From NCBI GenBank assembly GCA_964545365.1, contig CAZJFM010000001.1, positions 30,948 through 94,947 of the forward strand: 64,000 nt of DNA, written 5' to 3'. The translations under genes and the position numbers were made by a program. Each line of letters begins with the position of its first letter. The stretch's first letter is position 1. Of this stretch, positions 18,593-27,791 are shown piece by piece. Below the pieces are notes generated by a model. It ran no database searches, was not told the DNA's origin, and saw only the letters and a list, made by a program, of their open reading frames with translations. The stretch comes from an uncultured Candidatus Competibacteraceae bacterium. Its GTDB lineage: Bacteria; Bacteroidota; Bacteroidia; CAIKAF01.

Positions 18593-21211
18593 ATGAAGTT
18601 TTATGCCTCAATTTCACTCGAAACTATCACATTTATAGTCTTTTTTTTCGTTTGTGAGACCTTGAGTGCCCAAGGGGGGTATGATCAATGGTTTTTCTCC
18701 CAGCAAACGAATTATGGACTTTCATTTTCTCCAAATGGTTCAGTTGCTGTAACATCAACCCATGCAACTCCTTTTGCTGAGGAGGGTAGTGTTGTTGTTG
18801 TTGATCCAATCATTGGAAACCTTTTATTTTACTCAAATGGAAATGTGGTTTGGGATGGAAATCATAACGTGATGCCAAATGGGGTAGGGCTACTTGCCAA
18901 CCCTTCAGTTTCAGAAAAGTGTGAAACCATCCAAATTCCAGGTGAATGCGGCCGCTTCATGATGTTTCATTCTACAGCTGTTGCTGAGAATAATGGTAAT
19001 GGTAGTTTATACTACTCTATTGTAGATATGAATTTGCCAGGTAATGGTAGTATCGCATCCCCACTTGGTGACCTCGACCCAACCCACAAAAATGTTCCTG
19101 TAATGTCAAACCCTGTGGAAGGTCTGGAGATTATAAAAGGCCCTTCGGACACAGTGGCATGGCTATTTACTGGTGTAGTTGGAAGTGGAAATTTAGAGCT
19201 CTTTAAAATTACAGTTGGAGGTGGAATAATAAATCAGTCTACAATTCCCTTAGGCATCAATTATGACGATATAAGATCTTTAGTATTCTCTTACGAGTCC
19301 TCCAAACTTGCAGTTGTTTCAAATCAAGAAAGTAAGCCAGTTATTATTATAGATTTCGACCTTTATTCCGGAGCGGTAGGGGCTGTGAATCAAGTGCCTG
19401 GGTCAATAACAGGGCCCAGTAGCTTCTATTGGACAGGTTTTTTTGATGTAGAGTGGTCGCCAAGTGGAAGATGGCTTTATTTAGCAAAATACAGGCATGG
19501 CAATCTTGCTGGCGGTATTTACCAGTACGACTTACTAAATCCGGCAGTTCCAATAACTCTACAATATTCTAACCCAGGAGGAGGTTCCAATAATTGGGTT
19601 ACTGATTTAAAAAGGACTGTCAATGGTGAAATTTTGTTTTTTGACTATCAAGGTTCGAATGGGGGGACACAAATGACTTTAGGTGAGATCCAGAATGCTG
19701 ATTCTTCTAGTCCTCAATACGTTGCCTCCAATTTATCATTTAGTCAAAATTTTAGTCCTGCCCACAAGTTTTCGAATTCTTTGAGTTCTTTCCCTGCTCC
19801 AGAATTGAATGATGATTCAGTTGTCTTGAATTGCTTAAGTTCAGTTGATACTTTATTCCCTTTTTTGAATGACGACATCGTTGCCTCAATAGCTGATTTT
19901 AATTTCACAGTTATTCAGAACTTTTCTTCCGTTATAGGCACATTTAGTGGGGATACCTTGTTTGTAGCTAGTAATAGTTCATATTCCTTAGACACCTTAA
20001 TTTATGAAGTTTGCACTGTGGGGTGTAGTCCATTTTGCGATACAGCAATTATTGTGGTTTCAGATCAAGGCCCAAGCATATCCCTTCTTCAGGACACAAC
20101 TATACTTTGCAAACCAGATTCAATTTTTATTGATACCAATGGTGTTTCTTGGGATTCATTGATTTGGTCAGATGGTTCAAATGGTGCTGCTATTTTCATC
20201 GATACAGCTGGCTCATTAGAAGTTAAAGGTTATTACGGAAATTGTATTGTGAGTGATACCATTTCTGTCTTTTTCGCACCAAGCTTGATGGAACCAGATA
20301 CAACTTCCTTAATATTTTGTGAGGGAGACTCTCTTCTTTTGTTTTTTGAGTTGGAATGCGACCTTTGTACGTATCAATGGAACACTGGGGTCGTTTCAGA
20401 TACAATTTATGCCAATACAGATGGCGTTTATCGCTTCAGTTTTTGGAATAGTTGTGATTCTTCCTATCAGGACTTCGAGGTATTTAAAAGGAATCAGCCA
20501 CCTTCAATAGCGACTGTTGATACAATTGTTTGCCCTGAGGATTCCGTCGTATTTAGTCCTTTAAGTTATTCTAGTGACTCTAGTTTAACTTGGGCAGTTA
20601 ACGATACCTATATCCCGAGCGATACCAATTTGGTACTTGGTGACTTTTTTAATGAAGTTCGGGCATCCAACGAATGTGGAATGAATACCTTCTTCATAAA
20701 CGTTAGCTATTTGATGGAGCCATTGCCTTCTGATAGCGTAATTATTTCATGTTCAGACTCTTTGCTATTTAAATTCCCTGAAGCTCTTGTTGTTTTTGAC
20801 AGTACTGGAAACCATATTAATTCAGAGATTTGGATTAAGGAAAACGAGTCAATTACGGTCTCTTACCTTTATTGTGATAGTGTGCGCTTTTTTAATTTAT
20901 TTAAAAAGTCTATAACCGAAGATATTTCAAATGCAATCCTTTCAAATGTATTCACACCCAATGGTGACGGAATTAATGATTTTTTTCATCCTGTTCCACT
21001 ACAGTTCCTTAGTACCTCAAGCTTGATCGGGGAATTCTTTATTTTCAATAGGTGGGGTTCTGAACTTTTCCATTCAACCAGCCTTAAGACACCATGGGAG
21101 CCCAACTTGGACGTTCCAGAAGGGACCTACTATTGTGTAGTTATTCTTGGTGACTCTTGTTCCCCCGGTACCCAAACTAGGCTTGTTAAGTCTTTTCAAC
21201 TGTTCCGTTGA
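18593..21211 (+). CDS. Large secreted cell-surface protein with a T9SS type-B C-terminal sorting domain (gliding-motility-associated CTD); adhesin-like, paralog 1
   Basis: Signal peptide, an N-terminal roughly 250-aa domain shared with the next gene, and Cys-containing repeat modules. The C-terminus has the FTPNGDGINDFF...IFNRWGSELF motif typical of the TIGR04131/CHU_C sorting domain. Confidence 0.7.
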   Translation: MKFYASISLETITFIVFFFVCETLSAQGGYDQWFFSQQTNYGLSFSPNGSVAVTSTHATPFAEEGSVVVVDPIIGNLLFYSNGNVVWDGNHNVMPNGVGLLANPSVSEKCETIQIPGECGRFMMFHSTAVAENNGNGSLYYSIVDMNLPGNGSIASPLGDLDPTHKNVPVMSNPVEGLEIIKGPSDTVAWLFTGVVGSGNLELFKITVGGGIINQSTIPLGINYDDIRSLVFSYESSKLAVVSNQESKPVIIIDFDLYSGAVGAVNQVPGSITGPSSFYWTGFFDVEWSPSGRWLYLAKYRHGNLAGGIYQYDLLNPAVPITLQYSNPGGGSNNWVTDLKRTVNGEILFFDYQGSNGGTQMTLGEIQNADSSSPQYVASNLSFSQNFSPAHKFSNSLSSFPAPELNDDSVVLNCLSSVDTLFPFLNDDIVASIADFNFTVIQNFSSVIGTFSGDTLFVASNSSYSLDTLIYEVCTVGCSPFCDTAIIVVSDQGPSISLLQDTTILCKPDSIFIDTNGVSWDSLIWSDGSNGAAIFIDTAGSLEVKGYYGNCIVSDTISVFFAPSLMEPDTTSLIFCEGDSLLLFFELECDLCTYQWNTGVVSDTIYANTDGVYRFSFWNSCDSSYQDFEVFKRNQPPSIATVDTIVCPEDSVVFSPLSYSSDSSLTWAVNDTYIPSDTNLVLGDFFNEVRASNECGMNTFFINVSYLMEPLPSDSVIISCSDSLLFKFPEALVVFDSTGNHINSEIWIKENESITVSYLYCDSVRFFNLFKKSITEDISNAILSNVFTPNGDGINDFFHPVPLQFLSTSSLIGEFFIFNRWGSELFHSTSLKTPWEPNLDVPEGTYYCVVILGDSCSPGTQTRLVKSFQLFR

Positions 21212-21228
21212 TTGTAATTAAATTGTCT

Positions 21229-21236
21229 TAAATTTG
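21229..21236 (+). promoter_or_regulatory. Bacteroidetes sigma-A -7 box (TAnnTTTG) upstream of adhesin paralog 2
   Basis: TAAATTTG lies 18 bp upstream of the ATG at 21254. Confidence 0.3.
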
Positions 21237-21253
21237 ATTACCAATTCTAAATC

Positions 21254-24058
21254 ATGAAAGCTTTGAGATTTTTTGTTCTTTTAATACCATACTTATTGGG
21301 CATTTCTGCACTTGCTCAGAGTGAACGGGTAAACTGGTATTTGGGTGATGCTACAAGTTTGGGGGTTCAATTTCCTTTGCCCAATTATGTTCCTAATGTT
21401 ACCACAGGTAATGCCGTTCCGATGGGGCGTGAAGGTCGATTTGTTGGCACTCACCCCATCAGTGGAAACCTTTTGTTCTATGGGAATGGCACTGTACTTT
21501 ACGATGCGTCGGGGATGACTATGACAAATGGTGCGGGGTTATCAGGCAATGTTGGTAATTTTCAGTCGGCTTGGTCTGTTCCAAATCCAGCTAATTGTGA
21601 CCAATATTACTATATCTACAATTCCGCGGTTAGAGAAAATGCTCCTGGAGGAGTCTTTTATTCAATTATAGACATGTCAGCACAAGGGAATGGCACTCCA
21701 GGCAATCCACTTGGCGAAGTTGTAATGGCTCAAAAGGATGTTCCTATTTATCAGCCCTCTTGGGAAGGTTTTACAGTTATTCAAAGTGTTGGTAATCATG
21801 CATACTGGCTTTTAATAGGAAATGGAAACGGCTCTTCGATTGAGGTATTCAATATTTCTGCTGGAGGTGTTAACTTTTCCAGTTCATTTCCTTTGCCAGC
21901 AGCTTTAGGCGACATAAGAACAATAAGAGCCAATCGATTAGGAACACAAGTGTTCTTGGTTAGTGGTGTTGAGTCTGACCCATCCTATATTATTGACTTT
22001 AATCCTGCTATCGGGGCTCTTTCTAACCCAATCGCTATCCCAGCATTTGGTGCAAGTAACAATTTTTTTGACGGAAATTTGGATGCGGAGTTTTCATTTG
22101 ATGGTACTAAAGTGTATGTTTCAAAAATGCGCAACCCAGGCGCAGGGTCGGGTGGGCAGATATATCAAGTTGACTTATCAAATTTAGGAAACCCACCCGT
22201 AATAGTGTATGATAATATGGGTGGCAATAATGATTTTGTTAGCGGTTTGAGGAGAGGGCCTAATAAGCAAATTTACTTTGTTCACCGGGAGCCGACAAAT
22301 GGGTATCGTTATTTGGGTGTTATCCAAAACCCCAATGCTGCCGGCCTAGCCTGTAACCCACTTTCCTCTGGTATTGATTTGGGCCAAGGGTTCAATGAAG
22401 AATATTTTGGATTACCTAATTTTTTTCTGGAGAACTTCAAACCTGTTGCAATAACTGATTCAATTATAGTCCCGTGTAATCAAGGTTTTGCGGCTCAGGT
22501 TTCACCACTAATCAATGATTTGGATTCCAACTTTACTGCTTTTTCATTATCCCTTATTGATATTCCTCAAGGGGTTCAAGCTTCAATTAATGGTACGCAG
22601 GTTGATGTTGTTTTTCCAAATGTTTTCTTAAATCAGGACACTATTTTTTATGAGGTTTGTGACGATCATTGTTTTCAAAAGTGTGACACAGGCTTTATTG
22701 TGTTAGTTCCAATTTCCAATGTTCCTTCGCCTTTTTGGCCTAATGATACAAGTCTTTGTGCTTCCAGCCCATTACCGCTATTTACCCCATTATCTAATCA
22801 AGGACTTTTACATACTTGGAGCACTGGAGCGACAACTGATACCATATTCGTTTCTAATACTGGTGACTATTCAGTAGAAGTTAACTTGGGCAATTGCGTA
22901 ATTCGGGATACTATTTTTGTAGATATTATATCAATTCCCAGCCCCAACCTAGGACTCAACCGACTCATTTGCTCCGGTATTCCTCCAATCCTTGACGCTA
23001 CCTGCTCCGGGTGCTCGTACCTTTGGTCTACTGGTTCAACTGCCGGGTCTATTGCTCCAACCCAACCCGGTAATTATTGGGTGCAAGTCACTTCCCAGTG
23101 CGGGGTCGGTTCCGATACCGTGGCCGTTACTTCCTCGGTTCAACCTTTTGTAGAACTTGGTCCTGATCGGCTCGTTTGCGATACATCAGACTTATTTATT
23201 GATTACTCTTGCCTTGGTTGCTACTACTTGGTGAATGACCAAGCAGCAGACTCCTCGCTTACTATTGAAGCCTCAGGAACCTATTGGGTGGAAGTGGGTA
23301 ACGATTGTGGTACGGTTTACGATACGGTAACCCTTGTTATGGGAGCCAATGCCGAATTTAATATCCTCGACGATTCCTTGGTTTGTCCCGGCGATACCGC
23401 TTACCTTACCTCTTCGGGTGCCGTTGCTCCATACACTTGGTCTGATGGTTCCTCGGGAGATACGCTTATGATTACCGAACGCGGTTGGTACACGCTCACC
23501 TGGAGCGGAGTATGCGGTGAAACTACTGACTCGGTTTATATAAAACAGCTCCTGCCTTCGGAAATAACGCTAGGTGATGACTTTACCGTGTGCGATAGTG
23601 GCTTCGCTCCTATTTATATTGAAAACTTGGGAGATGACGCCGAATACCTCTGGTGGAATGGTACAACAGGAGATACCGCTTACGTATTTAGAGAGGACAA
23701 CTACGTGGTGCGCGTGGATTATTGCGAAGATTTTTACACCGACACCATTTTTGTGCGGTATACCGACGAAACAGACGGCCTCTTTATACCCAATACCTTT
23801 ACTCCTAATGGCGACGGACTCAATGAAGTCTTTTATATTCGCGGGCTTGACCCGGCTTGGCTAAGTTTTGAATTTCTTGTGTTTGACCGTTGGGGGCAAA
23901 TTGTGTATCAAACCGATGATCCTCGGAAAGGATGGGAAGGATTAGATCCTTCCGGTGCCAATAAGCTCGACGACGGTTCCTATGTGTATAAGGTCATTTA
24001 TACCTCCCCTTGCCGATCGGAATGGGAATATACCGGCGTAGTAAACATGATTCGTTGA
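21254..24058 (+). CDS. Large secreted cell-surface protein with a T9SS type-B C-terminal sorting domain; adhesin-like, paralog 2
   Basis: Signal peptide (MKALRFFVLLIPYLLGISALAQS), an N-terminal domain paralogous to the previous gene, and four or five roughly 78-aa Cys-containing repeats. The C-terminus is FTPNGDGLNEVFYIRGL...VFDRWGQIVY. Confidence 0.7.
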   Translation: MKALRFFVLLIPYLLGISALAQSERVNWYLGDATSLGVQFPLPNYVPNVTTGNAVPMGREGRFVGTHPISGNLLFYGNGTVLYDASGMTMTNGAGLSGNVGNFQSAWSVPNPANCDQYYYIYNSAVRENAPGGVFYSIIDMSAQGNGTPGNPLGEVVMAQKDVPIYQPSWEGFTVIQSVGNHAYWLLIGNGNGSSIEVFNISAGGVNFSSSFPLPAALGDIRTIRANRLGTQVFLVSGVESDPSYIIDFNPAIGALSNPIAIPAFGASNNFFDGNLDAEFSFDGTKVYVSKMRNPGAGSGGQIYQVDLSNLGNPPVIVYDNMGGNNDFVSGLRRGPNKQIYFVHREPTNGYRYLGVIQNPNAAGLACNPLSSGIDLGQGFNEEYFGLPNFFLENFKPVAITDSIIVPCNQGFAAQVSPLINDLDSNFTAFSLSLIDIPQGVQASINGTQVDVVFPNVFLNQDTIFYEVCDDHCFQKCDTGFIVLVPISNVPSPFWPNDTSLCASSPLPLFTPLSNQGLLHTWSTGATTDTIFVSNTGDYSVEVNLGNCVIRDTIFVDIISIPSPNLGLNRLICSGIPPILDATCSGCSYLWSTGSTAGSIAPTQPGNYWVQVTSQCGVGSDTVAVTSSVQPFVELGPDRLVCDTSDLFIDYSCLGCYYLVNDQAADSSLTIEASGTYWVEVGNDCGTVYDTVTLVMGANAEFNILDDSLVCPGDTAYLTSSGAVAPYTWSDGSSGDTLMITERGWYTLTWSGVCGETTDSVYIKQLLPSEITLGDDFTVCDSGFAPIYIENLGDDAEYLWWNGTTGDTAYVFREDNYVVRVDYCEDFYTDTIFVRYTDETDGLFIPNTFTPNGDGLNEVFYIRGLDPAWLSFEFLVFDRWGQIVYQTDDPRKGWEGLDPSGANKLDDGSYVYKVIYTSPCRSEWEYTGVVNMIR

Positions 24059-24103
24059 GAAACCTGAAGGCTTTGTATCTTTGTAGGAAATTCAACATAT
24101 TCT

Positions 24104-24490
24104 ATGGAATTATCCGGCACCATTAAGCAAGTTCTCCCCCTACAAACTGGCGAAGGCCGCAATGGCCCGTGGCGCAAACAAGAGTTTATTCTTCAAACCG
24201 AAGGCCCATACCCTAAAGATGTGTGTATAGCCGTTTGGGGAAATAAAATCGACGGCGCCCCCATTCAAGAAAACCAAAAAGTACAGGTGTCTTTTGACGT
24301 TGAAAGCCGGGAATATAACGGTCGCTGGTATACCGATGTAAAAGCTTGGAAAGTTCAAGCGGCCGATGCTGCTGCTGCTCCGCCGCCGGCAGCAAATGCG
24401 CCTTCCGGAGCCGCAGCTCCTCCCTTTCCAGCAGCCCCTCCTCCTCCTCCTATGCCCGGTGGTGGTGGAGAAGACGATTTACCCTTCTAA
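24104..24490 (+). CDS. DUF3127-family small protein with a Pro/Ala/Gly-rich tail ending in an SSB-like acidic tip
   Basis: The N-terminal roughly 85 aa match the DUF3127 pattern (MELSGTIKQVLPLQTGEGRNGPWRKQEFIL...). The tail is AAAPPPAANAPSGAAAPPFPAAPPPPPMPGGGG followed by EDDLPF. Confidence 0.6.
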   Translation: MELSGTIKQVLPLQTGEGRNGPWRKQEFILQTEGPYPKDVCIAVWGNKIDGAPIQENQKVQVSFDVESREYNGRWYTDVKAWKVQAADAAAAPPPAANAPSGAAAPPFPAAPPPPPMPGGGGEDDLPF

Positions 24491-24559
24491 GGTCAGCTTT
24501 CAAAACTTCCTTTGATTTTCTCTTAAAAGGAAATCGCTTGAATAGGGCCCTTTATATTT

Positions 24560-24740
24560 AGCGCGTGGTCTTAATACGGAGCTTAAGCGGGAGGGATGGA
24601 GCCGATACCCCACAAGCCCAAAGCAATGACGCGCAAGGGCTTGCCGGGCGGCGCAACGCAAGCCACGGCAAGTCCTATGGGCGACTTGCTTTGGGGTGAG
24701 GAGTAAAGGTGAGAGCCCGTCCCTATGGGCCCGCCCAAAT
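24560..24740. other. GC-rich structured intergenic element between convergent genes
   Basis: A 10-bp inverted repeat CCCAAAGCAA (24617-24626) pairs with TTGCTTTGGG (24686-24695) around a GC-rich loop. GCCC-GTCCCTAT-GGGC forms a further hairpin. No ORF. Confidence 0.25.
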
Positions 24741-24965
24741 TCACTCCCCGTATTCTATGATTTCGTTGCCGTCCTTGTCTTTTCTGCTTCCCTTAGCTTT
24801 TAGTTCTATGGTGCCTTTTGGCTTTCGGGGCTCCGAATGGCCTCGGTTTGTGCTGTTGGGGTTGCTGCTTCCTTGGCGGGCTTTAAATAGACGGATTAGA
24901 AATTTTAGGGCATAGTACATGCCTATCACTAATAAAACGGTACGTGCTATGGCCCAGATTTTCAT
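24741..24965 (-). CDS. Small membrane-anchored protein (DUF4834-like?)
   Basis: 74 aa with an N-terminal TM helix (IARTVLLVIGMYYALKFLI) and a charged C-terminal tail, immediately downstream of the carB stop. The family assignment is uncertain. Confidence 0.3.
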   Translation of the reverse strand: MKIWAIARTVLLVIGMYYALKFLIRLFKARQGSSNPNSTNRGHSEPRKPKGTIELKAKGSRKDKDGNEIIEYGE

Positions 24966-24980
24966 GAGGCAAAGATAGGC

Positions 24981-27791
24981 TTAGCGGCTGAGGTAGAGGT
25001 TTCGTTCGGTGTAGATTTTGGTGAAATACCTGTCGCGCAAGCTGCTGATAAATCGGATTGCTTCTCCCGTGCTTTTCATTTCAGGTCCCAACTCTTTGTT
25101 GACATTGGGGAATTTGTTGAAGCTAAACACAGGAATTTTAATGGCGTAACCTTCCAACTTAGGTTTGTATTCAAAATCGTTAAGCGTATGTGTGCCCAAC
25201 ATAATTTTGGCCGCCCAATTTACATAGGCTTGACCGTAAGCCTTGCAAATGAAGGGGACAGTACGTGAGGCTCTAGGGTTCGCTTCAATGACGAACACTT
25301 CGTCGTCTTTTATGGCAAACTGTATGTTGATTAAGCCTTTAACCCCCATTTCAAGGGCTATTTTTTTGGTGTACTCTTCCATTTTCTCAATCACCAAAGC
25401 TCCAAGGTTGTAGGGCGGCAGAACGGCATAGGAATCGCCTGAGTGAATTCCGGCAGGTTCAATATGTTGCATGATTCCAAGAATTTGCACCTCATTTCCA
25501 TCGCAAATGGCATCGGCTTCGGCTTCAATAGTGCGCTCTAGAAAGTGGTCCAGCAGGACGTTGTTGCCTGGAATGTCTCTTAAAAGTTCAATTAAATGCG
25601 ATTCAAGTTCTTCGTTGTTGAGCACGATTTTCATCTTTTGTCCACCCAGAACATAGGAGGGGCGCACCAAAAGGGGAAAACCAAGTTCTCCACTAAGGCT
25701 TAGGGCTTCGTCAATGGTTTTAACCGTACCAAATTTGGGGTAGGGGATGTTAAGCTCATGCAATAGGCGTGAAAATCGACCTCTGTCTTCGGCTAAGTCC
25801 AAGGAGGCATATCCGGTGCCCAAAATGGGGATGCCGTATCGGTCGAGCTTTTCGGCTAGTTTAAGGGCTGTTTGTCCGCCGAGTTGCACCATTACACCAA
25901 CGGGCTTTTCGTGCCGAATGATGTCGTATAAATGTTCCCAAAAAACGGGTTCAAAGTAGAGTTTGTCTGCGGTATCCGGGTCGGTAGACACCGTTTCCGG
26001 GTTGCAGTTGACCATGATGGCCTCGAAGCCGGCCTCTTTGGCGGCCAACACCCCGTGAACGCAGCAATAATCAAATTCTATGCCCTGTCCAATTCGGTTT
26101 GGTCCGGCACCTAATATCAATACTTTGGCTTTGTCGGTGGTGGTAGACTCGTTCTCCTCGTCAAAGGTGGAATAAAAGTAGGGAGTATACGCTTCAAACT
26201 CTGCCGCGCAGGTGTCCACTTGCTTCCACACCCTATGCACCCCCTCTTTTTCTCTCTTAGAAAATACTTCGCTTTCTAAGCAATTTGTTAAGTGTGCAAT
26301 TTGTCGATCGCCATATCCCTTTTGTTTGGCTCGGCGTAGTAGATCCAGGGGCAAGGCTTCTATGCTGAATTGGGTGAGCTCTTGTTCAAAATCTACCAAA
26401 TCTCGGATTTGATTGAGGAACCAAGGGTGAATCTGAGTATGTCGTTGTACCGTAGACAAGGGCAAGCCCAGCTTAAATGCATCGTAGATGTGGAACAGCC
26501 GGTTCCAAGAAGGGTGGCTTAAGCTTTGTAGGATTTGGTCGCGGTTGCTTAATTCCTTTCCATCGGCACCCAAACCATTTCTACCAATCTCCAGGCTTTG
26601 ACAAGCTTTTTGCAAGGCTTCCTGAAAAGATCGGCCAATGCCCATTACTTCGCCTACCGATTTCATTTGAAGACCTAAAGAAGCATCGGCACCCTTGAAT
26701 TTGTCAAAATTCCAACGGGGAATTTTGACTATGACATAGTCCAAGGTGGGTTCAAATAAGGCCGAAGTTTTGGTTATAGGGTTTTCCAGTTCGTCCAAGG
26801 TGTAGCCAATGGCCAGTTTGGTAGCAATGCGCGCAATGGGATAACCGGTTGCTTTGGAGGCCAAAGCGGAGGAGCGGCTAACCCTTGGGTTGATTTCTAT
26901 GGCTACCATTTCTCCGGTTTCGGGATGAATGGCAAACTGTACGTTACAACCTCCGGCGAAATTGCCGATAGCGCGCATCATTCGAATGGCCAGATCGCGC
27001 ATTTCTTGGTAAAGGGTGTCGGGAAGGGTCATTGCAGGCGCTACGGTAATGGAGTCGCCGGTATGAATGCCCATGGGGTCCATATTTTCAATGGAACAAA
27101 TAATGACCACATTGTCGTTGGCATCCCGAAGCAATTCCAATTCAAACTCACTCCAACCAAAGATGGACTTTTCAATAAGTACTTCATGAATGGGGCTGGC
27201 ATGGAGGCCGTTGTTCAATAAATCGTCGAAGGATTCACGGTCATGCACAAAGGCACCTCCCGTTCCGCCTAAGGTATAAGAGGGTCGAATAACCAATGGA
27301 AAGCCAATGCGTTGCGCAATATCTTTGCCCTCCAAAAAGGAGTTCGCCGTTTCCGAAGGGGCCACGGGAACCTCTTCTTGCTGCATGAGTTGACGAAACA
27401 ACTCTCGATTTTCTGTTCGATCGATTGCTTCCAAGTCTACGCCAATCAACCGCACGCCAAACTGTTCCCAAATGCCTGCTTCGGCGCATTCCTTACACAG
27501 GTTTAGGGCGGTTTGTCCTCCCATGGTGGGCAGTACTGCATCTATATGCTCCGACTCCAAAATATCTACAATACTTTCTAGCTCAAGTGGTTTTAGGAAT
27601 ATTTGGTCTGCAACCACCGGGTCGGTCATAATGGTCGCCGGATTGGAATTGATGAGCAGCACCCTAATGCCTTCTTCTTTGAGCGCGCGGGCGGCTTGCG
27701 TTCCCGAATAGTCGAATTCACAGGCTTGTCCTATAACAATAGGGCCGCTCCCAATGATAAGTACGGACTTTATGGATTGATCTTTTGGCAT
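24981..27791 (-). CDS. carB: Carbamoyl-phosphate synthase large subunit
   Basis: Two ATP-grasp repeats and an MGS-like domain, with the start at MPKDQSIKSVLIIGSGPIVIGQACEFDYSGTQA. The upstream in-frame extension in the ORF track is probably not translated. Confidence 0.95.
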   Translation of the reverse strand: MPKDQSIKSVLIIGSGPIVIGQACEFDYSGTQAARALKEEGIRVLLINSNPATIMTDPVVADQIFLKPLELESIVDILESEHIDAVLPTMGGQTALNLCKECAEAGIWEQFGVRLIGVDLEAIDRTENRELFRQLMQQEEVPVAPSETANSFLEGKDIAQRIGFPLVIRPSYTLGGTGGAFVHDRESFDDLLNNGLHASPIHEVLIEKSIFGWSEFELELLRDANDNVVIICSIENMDPMGIHTGDSITVAPAMTLPDTLYQEMRDLAIRMMRAIGNFAGGCNVQFAIHPETGEMVAIEINPRVSRSSALASKATGYPIARIATKLAIGYTLDELENPITKTSALFEPTLDYVIVKIPRWNFDKFKGADASLGLQMKSVGEVMGIGRSFQEALQKACQSLEIGRNGLGADGKELSNRDQILQSLSHPSWNRLFHIYDAFKLGLPLSTVQRHTQIHPWFLNQIRDLVDFEQELTQFSIEALPLDLLRRAKQKGYGDRQIAHLTNCLESEVFSKREKEGVHRVWKQVDTCAAEFEAYTPYFYSTFDEENESTTTDKAKVLILGAGPNRIGQGIEFDYCCVHGVLAAKEAGFEAIMVNCNPETVSTDPDTADKLYFEPVFWEHLYDIIRHEKPVGVMVQLGGQTALKLAEKLDRYGIPILGTGYASLDLAEDRGRFSRLLHELNIPYPKFGTVKTIDEALSLSGELGFPLLVRPSYVLGGQKMKIVLNNEELESHLIELLRDIPGNNVLLDHFLERTIEAEADAICDGNEVQILGIMQHIEPAGIHSGDSYAVLPPYNLGALVIEKMEEYTKKIALEMGVKGLINIQFAIKDDEVFVIEANPRASRTVPFICKAYGQAYVNWAAKIMLGTHTLNDFEYKPKLEGYAIKIPVFSFNKFPNVNKELGPEMKSTGEAIRFISSLRDRYFTKIYTERNLYLSR

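Noticed and set aside
24346-24561. 71-aa Cys/Ser/Arg-rich plus-strand ORF
   Set aside because: It is an out-of-frame reading of the GC/Pro-Ala-rich tail of the DUF3127 gene and runs into the terminator region. It is spurious.
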